Of a stretch of DNA of 64,000 bases, positions 42,028 to 55,933 are shown piece after piece. The notes beneath the pieces are model-generated. The model did no database searches and was not told the DNA's origin. It saw only the letters and a list, made by a program, of their open reading frames with translations. Both the position numbers and the translations under genes were made by a program. The first letter of the stretch is position 1. Every line of letters starts with the position of its first letter. Origin of the DNA: Trichosphaerium sp. ATCC 40318 (Eukaryota > Protista > Tubulinea); contig JALMLS010000194.1 of assembly GCA_038496445.1 (NCBI GenBank), forward strand, positions 124,001 through 188,000, read 5' to 3'.

Positions 42028-44296
42028 TTAGTTAATATTAACCGAGTCAGTGCTGATTAGTTCGACTGCTGGTTCAGCTGAGTTTGAACGTGACATCGGT
42101 CTACTGCCGCCATCTATAGAATACCTCGATATGAGTTGCCTATGACAGCAGGTTAATCACGCCTCGCAATTAACGGCGCTATTACTACGCCTACTTGAAG
42201 AGATGTGGTTTTTGGCCAGACATTCTGAGATAATCACTCTCGTCTTCAATAGGTTCCTGGATTAGTTCCTCAATCACATCTGTAAAAAAAAAAAGAATTA
42301 GTCACCCAAACAAATAAAAAACAACTGCTGCTGTCCTAGGTACTTGCCTTCCAGTGTGATAATGCCCAAAGGTGTCATACCATCTTTATCATCTAAAATG
42401 ATGGCCATATGACCTAGCAATCGACAGTTAGCAATCACATGGCAAACGGCAGTGTCATTGTAATAAATCAATACGGATAGTCAACGAACGTACTTTTACC
42501 GGTTTGGAAAATGTTGAGCATGTTGTACAGAGGTAGAGACGCTGCTACTGTTGGCAATCGCCTAATATTAAGTTTTTCGACAGGTGTCTAAACGCTCCAA
42601 TTAGTCAAAAAACAACAGCTACACTATTTTTGTTTTTGGCACTTGATTGAGCTAACCCATCATTCCTATGGCATGCAACGCAAAAATAGAACAAGGAAAA
42701 AGAGAAAGAGAGAACTTGCCTCAGCCTCTGGATTGATGAGGATCAATGTCTTTACAAGTATCATGCCAACAATAAACTCCTTGGTTCCACGGTACACTGG
42801 GATACGACTGTGACCTACATCGAGAATCTACAAAAGAATTTGAGTTACTTAGTTTGAAAGGCACATTTTTTGTTGTGGAATCCTTTTGCTCATTGGCATG
42901 CCACCCCAAACGTACCTCTTCAAGCTTCTTTTTAGTGATGGTGCCTGTAATATCGAGCATATAGCAGTCATCCAACTTGCAAATACAAGTCTTTACGCTC
43001 TTATTCTTCAAGTCCAAAGCGCCTCTGTAGAAGAAAAAAAATAAGTTTTTCAATCGCACTAGTTACACTGATTTGAGGTGTGACTCTTACCTGATAATGG
43101 TCACTTCATCAATACTCAGACCGTCTCTGTTGTGGAATTCACCATCTTCTTCTTCTTCAGTCATTTCATCAAGTTGTTGATGCATGGTAATCAACTCTTT
43201 CAGTTCTACAACAAAACGTAAATTACAAAAAAAAAAAATTAAAGTGGCATCAAACAAAAAGGGTTGTAGTGTGTATATTTTGATGAGAAATACGGAAGGG
43301 TTGGCGTACCTGCGCGTCTGAATTTTGTACCATGATTTTCACCAATGACCCAATCCAAAATCTTACTGATAGGCCAAGACACAGGGAATGAAACGAAAAT
43401 CAATGCCCAAACAATCTACGAAAAAGAAAAAACCGATAAATCAGCTCAAAAGAACAACGAACGCTACCACTAAAATGGAATTAAATACGTACAAAACGTG
43501 TGTATGCGCCAATAGCCAATCCAAAGCGAGAGCACAATGCCTGAGGAATTACTCTAAACGAAGATAATCAGCACAATTTTTTGTTTTTGTGGCCGAAATG
43601 ACAAATTTGTTGATTATCCGGATGATTGTAGCCCGCTGGGTTCAAAAATAAATTAAAAAGGACGTTGTTACGCACTCTCCAAAGAGCAGGATGAATGTAA
43701 CTGACAAGAAAATGGCGGCCCAAGCTGACATGAGGTGCTCCAAGAAAATTGGCAAAGCTTCCATAGCTACAGCGTTCCAGAGGAGAAGAGTGACGAGAAG
43801 TAAATGGTGTCTTTTAACTAGAGGTAAAATCGCAGCAGCGTATCCTTTTTGTGCTGGAGTACCAGATTTCGACAGAATACGAAGTGTGGTAATGTCAAGT
43901 GCCAGTAGGCCCATTGTAAGACCCGACATGAATCCTAGAAGTGACGTTGAGCGAAAGGCCAAACCTAAACGACGTACCAGCCATCAGTACGAGGAAAATA
44001 CAAGCAGAGAGGTCCACCCAGAACTATTTGGGTTAAAATAACGTTATTCGTTGTTTCGTTCGTACCCTACTACTACCAACAGGGTCTCTCTGTAAATCAG
44101 CGCTTTCGTACTCAACCTCTTCTTTACCCAGCTCGCAGTGCAAAACAGACATATCATCTGATGCGATTACGCACGTAATGTTATCGCCTTTCTTGTGAGT
44201 TAATTGCGACTCCGATTCGAGCCCTTGTTGACAAGCAACTAGACTTGTACTAACTGCAACAAGCAGTAGTAGTACAGCTACACGCGTTGGAAACAT
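42028..44296 (-). CDS. CNNM/DUF21-CBS metal transporter (Mam3-like)
   Basis: MSGLTMGLLALD, HHLLLVTLLLWNAVAMEALPIFL, FGEVIPQA, GHSRIPVY, GIITLEDVIEELIQEPIEDE; N-terminal signal peptide. Confidence 0.9.
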
Positions 44297-44535
44297 CGTT
44301 AGGTATTTATGGTATCGCGATCTTTTAAATTCAACGGCCAGTTCCACGTCCGAAAAAAACTTGCGCACTTCGCGCTAAGACGCAAAGAAAAAGATTTTGT
44401 TCAAAGAGCGCATAGCTGTGCTATAGTACAGCGTAGAAAACGCTGACACAAGAGAGTTTGAGTTCAGTGAAATAAACTTATTCCTTTTACTTTGTACAAC
44501 TTATCAATTTTACCGGAGCTAGAGATTCCATTTTT

Positions 44536-45551
44536 TTATATTTCGCCATTTCTTATCTGTTCAGTCTTTGTCACCTTGAAATCAGCGCCTCGCTCCTCAT
44601 CTGTCTCAACACCCAGGTCCAGTTTTATCTTCTTCCATTGTCTGCCGAGACCTTCTTCAAGGGCGTCACTGATGTCTCTGAACTACAACAGGAATGAATA
44701 TTGTGACACGCCAAAACAAAACAAAGAGTTTTACCTTTCGTTTTCTGTTCTTCCAGTAACCACGCATTGTATTGTATGTCTTCTCGACTTTGGCCTTGTT
44801 CACTACGACACCACCTCTGCTCGACTTTATAGCATCGATATTTGATGACATTGTATCGTTCTAAACGTTGTTAGACCTATACGAAAGCAATTCAATAAAC
44901 TTATGCAACGCTACAGGTAGCGCATAGTTCACGATCAACTACACGTGAAACGTTGTAAATGACGTACCTCTGCGGTGAGTGCTGCAATTTGCTCCTGTAA
45001 CTCGTCATTGGTTGGCGCTCGCTCCAAGGCAGTTATTTCTACTTGTGCTTAGAAAACAAATGACATCAAAGATTGATAACATACGTGAGCGTAGCGAGGA
45101 CGCTTGAGAGCGCAAATTTTCCTCTTTCTTCTTTGCTTGTTTGATGTCATTATCCAAAGCCTTCAACCCTTCCTGGATGCAGTTTAATTTATAATAATTG
45201 CATACCAATCACGTACCTTATCTACAGTGGGGAATATGTCTTGTTTTATCCAGTACACTTTTTGTTTTTTATTCAATTTTTCAATAATCTTGCCATCATC
45301 GCGTAATGACTCCAGAGATAATTGTACTTGCTTCTGACCAATTCCAATCTCTTTTCCGTGCATATTTTGGAATAACATCTTGGCGTTATACGGTCTGTTG
45401 TTCTACAGTAACGTGAGCGTAAATAACGCTAATTGGGGACGTACACGCTTCAAGTAGTCGTAAATGAGGTTGGAGGCTGTATAAAAGTTAGAACAAACAA
45501 CCAGTACGCCCTACCTTGCTCAGGAGATTTCTTCTTAACACGCTTTGCCAT
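44536..45551 (-). CDS. HOP2: Homologous-pairing protein 2 (Hop2/TBPIP)
   Basis: IYDYLK..NRPYNA...LESL..DGKIIEK..KKQKVYW.KQ winged helix, a coiled coil, then WKNRKR and LGVETDE. Confidence 0.88.
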
Positions 45552-45672
45552 CTGTTATTGCCGTTAAAATCAAATAATTGTTTGAAATTGTTTTCCATGA
45601 ATTTTTGTGGTCACCAGCAAAAAAATCAAACAAATTCTCACTAAAATTAAAATTAGCTTCGCTACATTAAAC

Positions 45673-47140
45673 ATGGCAACCAAAACCGAACAACTGACTA
45701 TACCTGAAGACGATAATGGCGTCTTCTGCAAACGTCACGTTAATTACTTTAAAAACCACTTGTATAAACTGCCAAAGTACTTTACAAGCCAGGATTCTAA
45801 CCGTATGACAATTGCGTATTTTGCAATTTCGGGGTTGGACATTCTATCCCGCACTGATATAGTGGAGAAGGAGGAAGCTATCGATTGGGTATACTCGCAC
45901 CAAGTCCTACCAAACTCAAATTTAAAAGGTGCGTTACGCCTGCACAATCGCGTAGCATAACACTAGTAGCGCCAACAGCTGTTTTTAACCGTTTATAGGC
46001 GATGAAGCTACTAGAGCTTGTGGGTTCCGCGGTTCAGCGTTCTATGGATGCAAATACAATCCCTCTGGCGTACGTACCAAAAATACCGGCGACCAGCACC
46101 TGTTTTGATTGGTAACATGTTAGGCGAATCAAGAACCGACGTCAAAGTCCACTCAACACGACTACGCTCACGTAGCAATGACATACACTGCTCTATGCGT
46201 ACTAGCTACCTTGGGAGACGATTTTAGCAGAGTGTCAAAGGCGGGTATCACAGGCGGGCTAAAGGCCATACAAAGGAAGGACGGCAGGTGCGTTGGTAAC
46301 GTTATTTAGTATTTTTAAAAAAATGGCGTGTCCTTTGCTCACTAGTGGTGTAGTTTTTGTCCTACAATTGGTGGAGGTGAAACAGACATGAGATTTGTTT
46401 ACTGCGCCTGTGCTTCCTCCTTTATGATTGATGACTGGTCTGGTATTGATATTGATCTCACTGTCAATTATATTTTAAAGAGTATTACATACGAAGGAGG
46501 TGTTGGTCAAGGTCCTGGACAAGAGGCGCATGGTAATCACATCAAATTACAAATTTTTTGTATTTCTGTTTGTTGGCTTATTCTAATCACGCTGTGTTCT
46601 CTAGGTGGTTCTACTTTCTGTGCTATCTCTTCTCTATGGCTCATGAATAAATTGGATGCATTGTCACCAGAGGTGAAGGAGTCCTTGATTCGGTGGTGTG
46701 TGATGAGGCAGCAAACTGGCTTTAATGGCAGACCTAACAAAGCTGTGGATACCTGCTACAGCTGGTGGATTGGATCTACGCTAAAAATCCTTGGTGCATA
46801 CCACTTGGTCTTCCCTAGGACGACACGAAGTTACTCACTATCATGCCAAAAAATGTCAGGTAAGAAAGACAAGAGATATTGAACAAAAATCAGTTTTTAA
46901 ACACTTTCTCCTTTACAGTAATGTTTTAGTAATACAAATTTGTTTTTAGGCGGATTTAGTAAGCATACTGATGCTCTCCCTGATATTCTTCATTCGTACT
47001 TTGGGTTGGTGGGACTGAGTTTCTTGGGCACTACAAAATCTTTACAGACCATATTCCCTCCACTTGGTATCAGCATAACGGCTGTTAAAGCGAGTCCTAT
47101 TCCAAACGCGAGATTGGACGCATTTTCAAACGTAGCATAA
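45673..47140 (+). CDS. PGGT1B: Geranylgeranyltransferase type I beta subunit
   Basis: DSNRMTIAYFAISGLDIL, HVAMTYTAL, ETDMRFVYCA, EAHGGSTFCA, GFNGRPNKAVDTCYSWW and PDILHSYFGL. Confidence 0.92.
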
Positions 47141-47560
47141 TCCTTCAAAACGGTTTTTTACTTTTTTCGAAAGAAAGAGCCTTCTTGTCTCTAATTAAGC
47201 AACCTCAATTCCTCAACTCGCTTTATATTTGCAACAACTTGCGCTTTTTTGTATTTTACTAATTGTGGTAAACAGGCCATTACGCGTTTGTTCAAAGTAA
47301 TATCATGTGTAAGCGTTAATGAGGCAAAAATTGCAGTTATACTAGGTGTATCTCCTGAAAATGTATAGACGACTACTATTCCACTTATAGGCATACACGT
47401 GTAATCTTTATTTACACACCGGAACTCTGATATTATAGCACACCATGTGTGGAAGTTTGCTAAGCATTGACTTATCCGGAGATTCAGTCAGGGACGAGAA
47501 ATTGTTTTTTCGAGCATTGCACAACAATTACCCAAACTTCACTGTGCGCGCTATAAAACC

Positions 47561-49222
47561 ATGGACGTTGAGGTTACATGCAAGGTGAAAGAGTTTCTAT
47601 TCAATAGGCTTCAGTGGTATAACATTACTCTCAGTTTTGCAGACAAACACACAGTACGCACTGTTTTGGGCCTGACGAACGTTTGTTTTAGTTTATTATT
47701 ACGACATTATTCGTTTACAAATAAAATGGCCTATTAACCCTCTACAGCAAGAACCTGCTCTGACAAAGCAAATCGTGCGTTTTGCACCAGAAGTTACGTT
47801 TGTAGATGGTCGCAGACGAGACCCAGCCTCAGTGCTTACTGGAAAGGCTACAAACTCGTACTATCTTAATATTGCAGGGTCTTGCGCATCAACTGGAGAA
47901 CGTACGTGTTTATTCTCTATAACGCGCCAACAAATGAATCATCATTGCTTCCTACGCGTTAGACGCTTACCTTTAAAATGTCAGGCGTTGTAAAATGTGC
48001 GAAATGCTGTGTTCGCGACAAAGAACAGACGACAAAGAAGCGAAAGCGCAACCCGTCAGCTATATGGGCGGACTTGGACACTAAAAACAATGCTAAGCTT
48101 ATACAAGTTCAAACAACTGGAGAAGAGTACGGACAGAAGAAAAAAAAATTGGATCGAATTTGTCATTCAAAAAAAACAGTGCTAGACGTTTTAATTAGGA
48201 TCATTATCCTCTTAAACCATTAACCCGACGTTTTTTCGTACAAAAAAGACTCAGGCCGTGATTTACACGCGTTTTAAAAGTGGATTTCTAGCCTTTTTTT
48301 TTTTTTGAGATTTTTTTTTCTAAGTTTTTACTCCTAGTACTATTGATGATAATGGGGAATTAAGTTTTAAGTTACGTGTTGGATGCTGTGTTGGTGTCGC
48401 AAAGCAACATCACATCAATCAGATCGCAATGCCAGGAGAAGAACCACGTGCAAACAAGCGGTGTCAAGGTCTTATTCTCAAGTTTACAATCTCACGTGGA
48501 AGTCACGTGATGTCTTGTGAGCCTGGTGACATTATTCGTGTTCTCGGAAAGGTGACAACATCTGATCGAAAGAAGTACGCGTTGAGAATGAACCAGCCGT
48601 ATGTGGACGCAAAGGGTAGACGTGGTGCACAACCAAAGGAGTGTCAACGCAGTGTCGGTGGTTTTATCTTGGGTACATTTATAAGCCAGTACGAGCAACG
48701 TATGGGCGATACACTGCCTGTAGTTGGCAACCCCAAGATGGCCAAACTAGGACCAGACATGATATTCGATGATCCTGCTGTTATCTTTGGACCAGGCTCT
48801 TCAGCGCAGCTTCAGGTACAGTTTTTTGACTATACATTGTCAACTTATTTTCTATGAAGCGTTACGTCCACCTTGCCATTGGTGCGCTTCTATGTACGTG
48901 TCACGAAATGGCGGGGAAGCTTTGGACTTGTGCTGAAACGTTACTAAACGTTCTGCTTGATGAAAAACTAGATGACAACCAGCTTGTATTGGTGATCGAC
49001 TCTGTAACAAAGATGGCCTTGTATCAGCTATATCTTCCTAGATTCAGTAATGTGGCAGATGACACACAAATAGCTTGTGATAAGTACATTGGAAAAGCTA
49101 AAGAACTGATGGATCGTTTTCCTGAGCAATTAAAGACGTCAAAACAATATCAAATGCTCAAACAGAATTTAACTAAATTTTCCTTATCAGCACAAGGCCA
49201 TCTACAGGTACCCAACTTGTAA
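47561..49222 (+). CDS. Putative Spt23/Mga2-like Ig-fold DNA-binding protein
   Basis: VVKCAKCCVRDKEQTTKKRKR...LIQV...IDDNGELSFKLRVGCC...HH...GLILKFTI...IRV resembles the CxxC-basic...RIxCxxxHH...F.I pattern of Spt23/Mga2 DNA-binding domains. Recognised by eye only. Confidence 0.5.
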
Positions 49223-49481
49223 AAAAAAAGAACACAAAAAAAAAAGATTGCCAAAAAAGAACAAAAATTGGGAAACTTAGAGATGTAGAGATAGCGTAAA
49301 TAAAATGTACATAACACAAACTCTCAGTATCTCGGTTTTTTTTGCGTTTGAAACAATTGCTTTTTTTGCGACATTTTTGAAATGAAAAGACTTTTTGGAG
49401 TTGCGGACAAAATACATTTGTCTAGTTTTCGCTCTATTGCATGGGTTTATCTCCACGGAGGTGATTTACAGCGGTTTAGCC

Positions 49482-51597
49482 ATGGAACCAAAAGAAATAG
49501 AGCCTTTGCAGTCTTCTGACCGGGAAATTGCCCTAGAGGCAAAGGTCACTTCGCTAGAAGCAGAGGTAGCTGCTTTAACGGAAAAGCTGCGAGTTGCGAA
49601 TAAAAAGCTCGCAGGTCAGGCTAACGAGCAGTCGGTATCGAATGCCGGCGAAGAGAGGTACTATTGCGCTATACAGCTAATTAACTCACGAGAAACTTAA
49701 CGTTTTTACAAAAGTGTACCAACCGTTGCCCTGGAACAGACCAAAGGACCTGGCCCATTGGACACAGCAGCACCGGTGAAAAAAAGGAAATTGAAGCGAA
49801 GATCCAGGTAATTTAATTTTTCCTGATTGAAAATCCGGTTAATTGCATTCCGTTGTAATTAATTAACTTGCCGGTATAGCAAAAAAAAGAATCGTCGTCT
49901 TCTAGCTAGCACACAAAGTGCTGACGAGGGTGTCCAGTATGATCCTGCTCTGACACTTCCCCTTGACTACCCATTCGAGAGTATAGTAAACTGGAGACAC
50001 ATTGGAGGATTTGTTGTTTCAGGAGGGTACGTCCTTGATTCAACGAACGCTATCGCCGCGTCAACAAAACGTCATACTTTTTTACGTACTACAACAAAGC
50101 GTCATAAGGCTAATGCTATACGCTATATAGGGACAAGCCAATTTCTGTTCGACAGTGCAAGGTACGATGAGAGCCAACAAACTCGGAGTTTTTCGTGCTT
50201 TTTTTTTTGACCACGTGATATAGATTTACAGATCTGCTACGCCAGCGACAGGTACAACAGAAGACATTGATTATCTTCTCAAAAAATTACATGTAAATAC
50301 ACTGGTACGTACTGCACTATATTGGGAAAAACGAATCATGTTGCTTATTGACAACGTAGTTGGACCTTCGTGCTGACTCTGAGATGATTGAAAACGAAAA
50401 GGCATCTGCATTGAAGCAAAGCGACGAGGCTTGCGCTATGGTACTATCCTTTTTTCGACTTTGTGGTGAGCATTGTAATGACTCGACATGTAGATTGTTC
50501 GTCAGCCTATCTATGGAAAACAGTTTATGATAAAGGGTGTACGTTGGATTTAATTGTTAATTAAATTGATTGCACATATAGGTATTGGGTGGTGCATCAT
50601 TAGGTGCAAAAATGTGAGTGAATAACTTGCAACAGGCCTGTCTTTGTTTCGAATTTTAAAAGCTGACACCAACCGTCTTTTCAGGTCTGCACTTGGATCG
50701 TTCCTTGCAGGTAACTACAGTGGCGCAAAACGTGCTATTGTATCACACATGAACGAGGATGGTTTAGCTGGATTGTATGTGCTATTCTTGGAGCACTGCA
50801 AATTACAACTGTTCAAGGCACGTGCTTAAATTGAAAAATTTAAAACTCTAAAAATAGTCTTTGTTACCTTTAAAATGTCGTTTTTGCTGACGGTTTCTCA
50901 GGCTCTCACTGTATTTTTGGATCCAGCAGCGTACCCTATACATCTCTTTTGCAATGCGGGAAAAGACAGAACTGGACTTGTTGTTGCGCTAGTGCTTGTA
51001 TCCATTGGCGTTGAGCAGAAAGACATTTGTCGCGATTACGCCCGTACTCAACAAGCCGACTTTTCAAAACACAAGGCATTTGAGAGGTACTTAGAAACAC
51101 CGTCATCTACACCTAATAACAATCATTCTAGCACCTTACAAAAGAATGGGTTAAAAGAGGAATTCATGGACGCTCCTTATGATGTACGCATCGGATTGGC
51201 GTTCTAGCTTTAATGAGTGAGTGTGTAGGTTATGGAACGTACATTTCAATACTTGGACACAACGTATGGATCTCCTTTGATGTACTTGGATCGTATAGGA
51301 TTCACTAGCGATATGAGGAATAGACTGTGCGATATTCTATTGGATGGTGTACCTAAGTATGAGCATGTCGAACCATTAGACACTAAAGATGCCTTACAAA
51401 CAACGCCCGTAAATCACGTCGTAAATTCAGGTTCGTCAATATAGACAATGTCATTATTTTGTGTTTGTGCTAAGACCCTTTGTTTAGTTGACCTGGATGA
51501 CACTGAGAAACCTGCACTGAACAAAACCAAATCAGCTGTGTTACCTAACAAAAAAATCGATGCTAGTAGTAACAGCGAAAGTCTTGGTAAAGAGTGA
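49482..51597 (+). CDS. Tyrosine phosphatase-like protein (Y_phosphatase3/IphP type) with N-terminal coiled coil
   Basis: NWRHIGG, YRSA, LVDLR and active-site loop HLFCNAGKDRTGLVVAL...DYART. Confidence 0.85.
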
Positions 51598-51778
51598 GAA
51601 AAACAATTGTACTGTATTATTATTCATTCATTTATTCTCATGCATCAAGAAAATAGAGGAAATTATTTCCAACAAAATAAAAAAATAAAAACCTCAATGC
51701 ACGTGTCGTGTTGTTTTTTTTTAAATTACTTTATTGCATACAAAACAGTACAATAATGGATGGGGAGTTTTCTACGCA

Positions 51779-54424
51779 CTACCAGTACGTTGTGTATGGA
51801 TAACAGTTTGAAAAAAGTAGTGTGAGTATAACGCCGCTAATTAAAACAAGAATAGACTGAAACGAAAACATGAATTGAGGTAATGCATTGTAAGTCATTG
51901 GCGTCAAGATTGTTGATCCAGGATCCTAAAAAAAGCCCAAAAATAAGAAAAAAAAAGATGTTTCGAACTAAGAAAAAAACACGTGCCTTTGACCACCCCA
52001 AAGTACGTTTTTGTGCATCCAACCAGTTAGCATGCTCCCGTGAGCGTTGTTCTTTTGACATTTTAGGGTTAAACCGCTTACTAGTACCAGCAGAAGCATG
52101 TGCCTCTTCAACAGTCCATAACCCCTCTCCAACACCAGCTAGCAATGCTGTACCCACACTTAAACATGCGTCAGGATAAAATACTTAACAAGTATATCTT
52201 TACCTTGTCATTTGATGGTTCTGTGCTCTGAGTACAGGCATACCCGTCAAATCAGCCAGCTTTTGGCATAAAAAATCGTTTTGTGAAGCACCACCATCCA
52301 CACGCAAGTTTGATATAGGTAGGCTTGTGTCGGTTCGTATCACGTTTATAATTTGATTAATACTAGTACCACATTATTAAGTATAAAAATCAATACAAAA
52401 ATGGTACTTACTTGTGCGCTACACCTTCTAGAAGAGCTCGGACCATATGCGCTTTAGTGGACGATGCTGTCAATCCTATGAACATACCACGTGCTCGAGG
52501 ATCGAATAAAGGTACAGAACAACCAGCGAATGCATTTACAAAGCATACACCGTTAGAAGAGTCCACAGAATTCGCAAGGGCTGAAGTCTTTCATGAAAAA
52601 AAAATCAAGTTAGCTAACTCAAATGACCATGTTGATGGTTTGTTGTTTCTTTTACCTGTGCGATATCTTTTATCCCCAGTAGGTCTACTAACCATTGTAT
52701 ACATTCTCCAGCTGAGTTTGTGTTTCCTTCTAGAGTGAAAGTGTTCTTGCCATTAAGATGCCATGCAACGAGAGGATAAAGACTAAAAAATGGCAATGTT
52801 AGCGTAATTTTGTTCAAGCAAGAAAACTCATGACTCAAAGACCTGTGACATTGCTACATACCCATATTTAGAAGCCAAGCAACTATTACCTGTACATAAA
52901 CTTACAAAAGCACCAGTACCGATAGTACACTAGGCAAAAAGTCAGTAAGGAAGCTTAGAAAGCTTGTGAGAATTGTTTTAAATGGAATACCTTTAATGAG
53001 CCTTTATAATGACACCCTTGACCGAACAACGATGCTTGTTGATCTGCTGCAACCGCTTATTTGATATAAGTACATAAAAGTGATATTAAGGTGTAACGTA
53101 CCACGTATGGGAATATTAGCGCCAAAAAATTCCTCGTGACATATTCCTTAAAAAAATTAGTGAATAAAACAAGGTCTGTACAACGTGTCAAGGTCACATA
53201 CCATAGTCACCTGCAGATGGCTGTACTTTTGGATATATACTTAAAGGAGGTAATGGACATAACATACGGACAATACCACTCCATTCCATCTAAACACAGG
53301 TCAGGGAGATTAGCACAATTAATTAGCATATTGATTACAACAATTTTTTTCAAATCAAAAATATCTCATACCAAAAACGTGTCCCACATGCCTGTAGCTG
53401 AGACACAAGAATAATCTGTAGCAAAAATTTTCCCTGGTTACGAAAAAAGAATCAGTAAGGTAAAGAGAGAGGTTCTTTCAATGAAAACTTAAAGAGGTTT
53501 GAGTGAGACGCACGTTTTGTAAAATTCCACACTAGCCAAGTGTCCAAGGTCCCATATTTTAATGTACCCCTAGAAGCACAAGCACGCACTTTCTCATTTT
53601 TTCTACAAGAGGTAGTTAGCTCTCTACGCTGCAGACAATCAAAAATATTCAAAAAAAAAACGTTAACGGGAACTAAAAATACCTCCAAATAGCGCTCATC
53701 TTTACGCTCACGTGATGCGTTGTAGGCTCAAATTTAGACGCCAAGAGCATGCGCTGGCCCCCGAAGATGTTATAAATGAAGCCACTACCTGCTCTTATAC
53801 CTTTTAGAAGCCAAGACGCATTAACTTCTTCGAGAGCTTCAGTGAAGCCTGAGTCTTGCCATGAAATCAAGTTTGTTAAAGGAGACCCTGTTTCGCTATC
53901 CCAAAACAAAAAATTGTTTCTTTGCACTATAGACAAGGTGTTGGTTCAAAAAGTCGAATACTCGAGTTGTTTTTTGTGTACTGGCGTGTTTTAAAAAAAT
54001 GCATTTGTTTTACGTACCAGCGATACCCATTGCGTTAATTTCTTTACCACCAAGCCCAGCAGCAGCCAGTGTACGTTTTACAACCGAAATGACGGCATTT
54101 AGTACCTGCATGTCAGTGTTAGGGTAATTTCGCAATTTTTGGGAATGGCTCTTTTATTTCAGTACCTCTAATGGGTCTTGCTCTATATGACCACTTTCAG
54201 TGCTGTATTTAGGAATAGCTTCGCTGTTAGTTTGTAACAGACCTAGTTGTCCCTTTTTTTCCCAAATATGGGCCTTTTATTGGTGTCAGCGCGTGTATAA
54301 GGTAGCACAAGAGGTTATTGTTCTCTTCACACAAAAAAAAACGTGAAGTGAGAACGTAAAGCAGGCCAACTTGGCTCACCTTTACATTGGATGTACCACA
54401 ATCAATAACCAACACGCGTGGCAT
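51779..54424 (-). CDS. Glycerol kinase (FGGY family, GK5-like) with C-terminal hydrophobic tail
   Basis: LVIDCGTSNVK, LISWQD, GTLDTWLVW, ADQQASL, CTIGTGAF, FTLEG, RVDGGASQNDF and GTALLAGVGEGLW. Confidence 0.88.
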
Positions 54425-54575
54425 CTTCTACACAAGTGCGCTCCAAAAAATTGTTTGTAACGTTGTTATTCTGACCTTGTTAACCCACCAATCGCTTATT
54501 GCATGCAGCGTTGCTACAGTCCTAAATCCTCCGGCTCAGACTAAGTGGCTTAAGAAAACACACTTTTGTAGAAAA

Positions 54576-55529
54576 ATGCGAGCTTTGTACGTTAAACATC
54601 TTGATTACCACAAGGCGTATAGTACTATTCAGACACTACAACAAAAAAGGCACCGTGGTGAGGTACGTGCGTTCACTTTTGGTGTCACGACAAAACAATT
54701 ACTCCATTCACGCTAAAAGATACCCAAAGGTAGGTAACTACCTAATATTGGGCGAACACACACCTGTCTACACGACTGGGCAAAGGCGTAGTACAAAGCA
54801 CGTGAAAATCGACGCAGAGTCGTTTGAAGCAAAGGTTGGCGCTCCTTTAGTGTTCACAGACAGAGGTTTGCGGACATCTTGCACAGAAAGCGAAAATAGC
54901 TCAAATCGAAATTAGGTGGTGATGTGACATACCACGGACCAGGTATATTGATGGCATATCCAATAGTAGACCTACGAAGCATCAAAGCTAAAGTGCGCAC
55001 ATTCGTTGACAAGTTAGAGGATATAATGATAGACGCTGCCAAGAGCAAAGGAGTAGACGCCATTGGAAGGTAAATGAGCAGTCACACGTATGACATCCAA
55101 GGCTAAACAATCTGCAGGCAATGTGGCATGCGTGGGATCTGGGCAGGAGACAAAAAACTAGGCGCTGTAGGTATCAGCGTAAAACATGGGGTGCGTAGAT
55201 TATACCGACTACGTGCTCACCTTTACTCGTGAGGTAGTAGGACATGGTTTCGCACTAAATTGTTGTCCTGACCTGCAAGCGTTCGAGCATATCGTGGCTT
55301 GTGGATTGATAGGCAAAGTATGCGTCTAGTTGTCAAAACAACCAAAAAAATTAACAGATTTCAGGAAGTAACATCACTAGAAAAAGAATCTGGTGCGCCA
55401 GTAGGCGTATATGACATGGCGTGCTATGTACGTCGTAGATTTGAAGCAGAATTTGGCGTTCCAGTTGAGGATGCGGAAATTAGCGATGAGAACCTGAAAA
55501 CGCTCGGAGACGTTCAAAACTTGGCGTAA
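54576..55529 (+). CDS. LIPT2: Octanoyl-[ACP]:protein transferase (LipB)
   Basis: [21 protein letters not shown]...[19 protein letters not shown] and FEHIVACG. Confidence 0.9.
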
Positions 55530-55604
55530 CGTACAAGTTGAAGTGAACTTAGGTATGAATGGGTTTTTTTTTTTGCTACAGCGGCTTGTATGTACATAAT
55601 TGTA

Positions 55605-55841
55605 TTAATTGTATGTGTGCGGATACATTGCTCGGTCCCTCTTAACCAGATTCCTTTGTACAATCTTTTTACGCGATATTTTCTCTTCCCTGAAGTATAC
55701 GTGCTGACGAATGACTGGGTCGTATTTGCGAAGTTCGAGCTTGTTTTGAGTCTTTTTTGGGTTCTTCTCTGTACGGTAAAAGTAGCCAGTGCCTGCAGTG
55801 CTCACCAGCTTTATCAAAATACGTCTGGTGCGGCCTGCCAT
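55605..55841 (-). CDS. MRPL33: Mitochondrial-type ribosomal protein bL33 (intronless)
   Basis: [16 protein letters not shown]...KNPK...[19 protein letters not shown]. Confidence 0.92.
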   Translation of the reverse strand: MAGRTRRILIKLVSTAGTGYFYRTEKNPKKTQNKLELRKYDPVIRQHVYFREEKISRKKIVQRNLVKRDRAMYPHTYN

Positions 55842-55933
55842 TTGAAGTTACAGCCAGTAAATTATAAGCGCTTGACTCAAAAAAGTCCATGGCGGTCTCC
55901 ATAGTTTACACAACGCTGAGGTGGCCGTCAATC

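Noticed and set aside
47191-47470. 67-aa minus-strand ORF downstream of PGGT1B
   Set aside because: No recognisable domain, so coding status cannot be supported.
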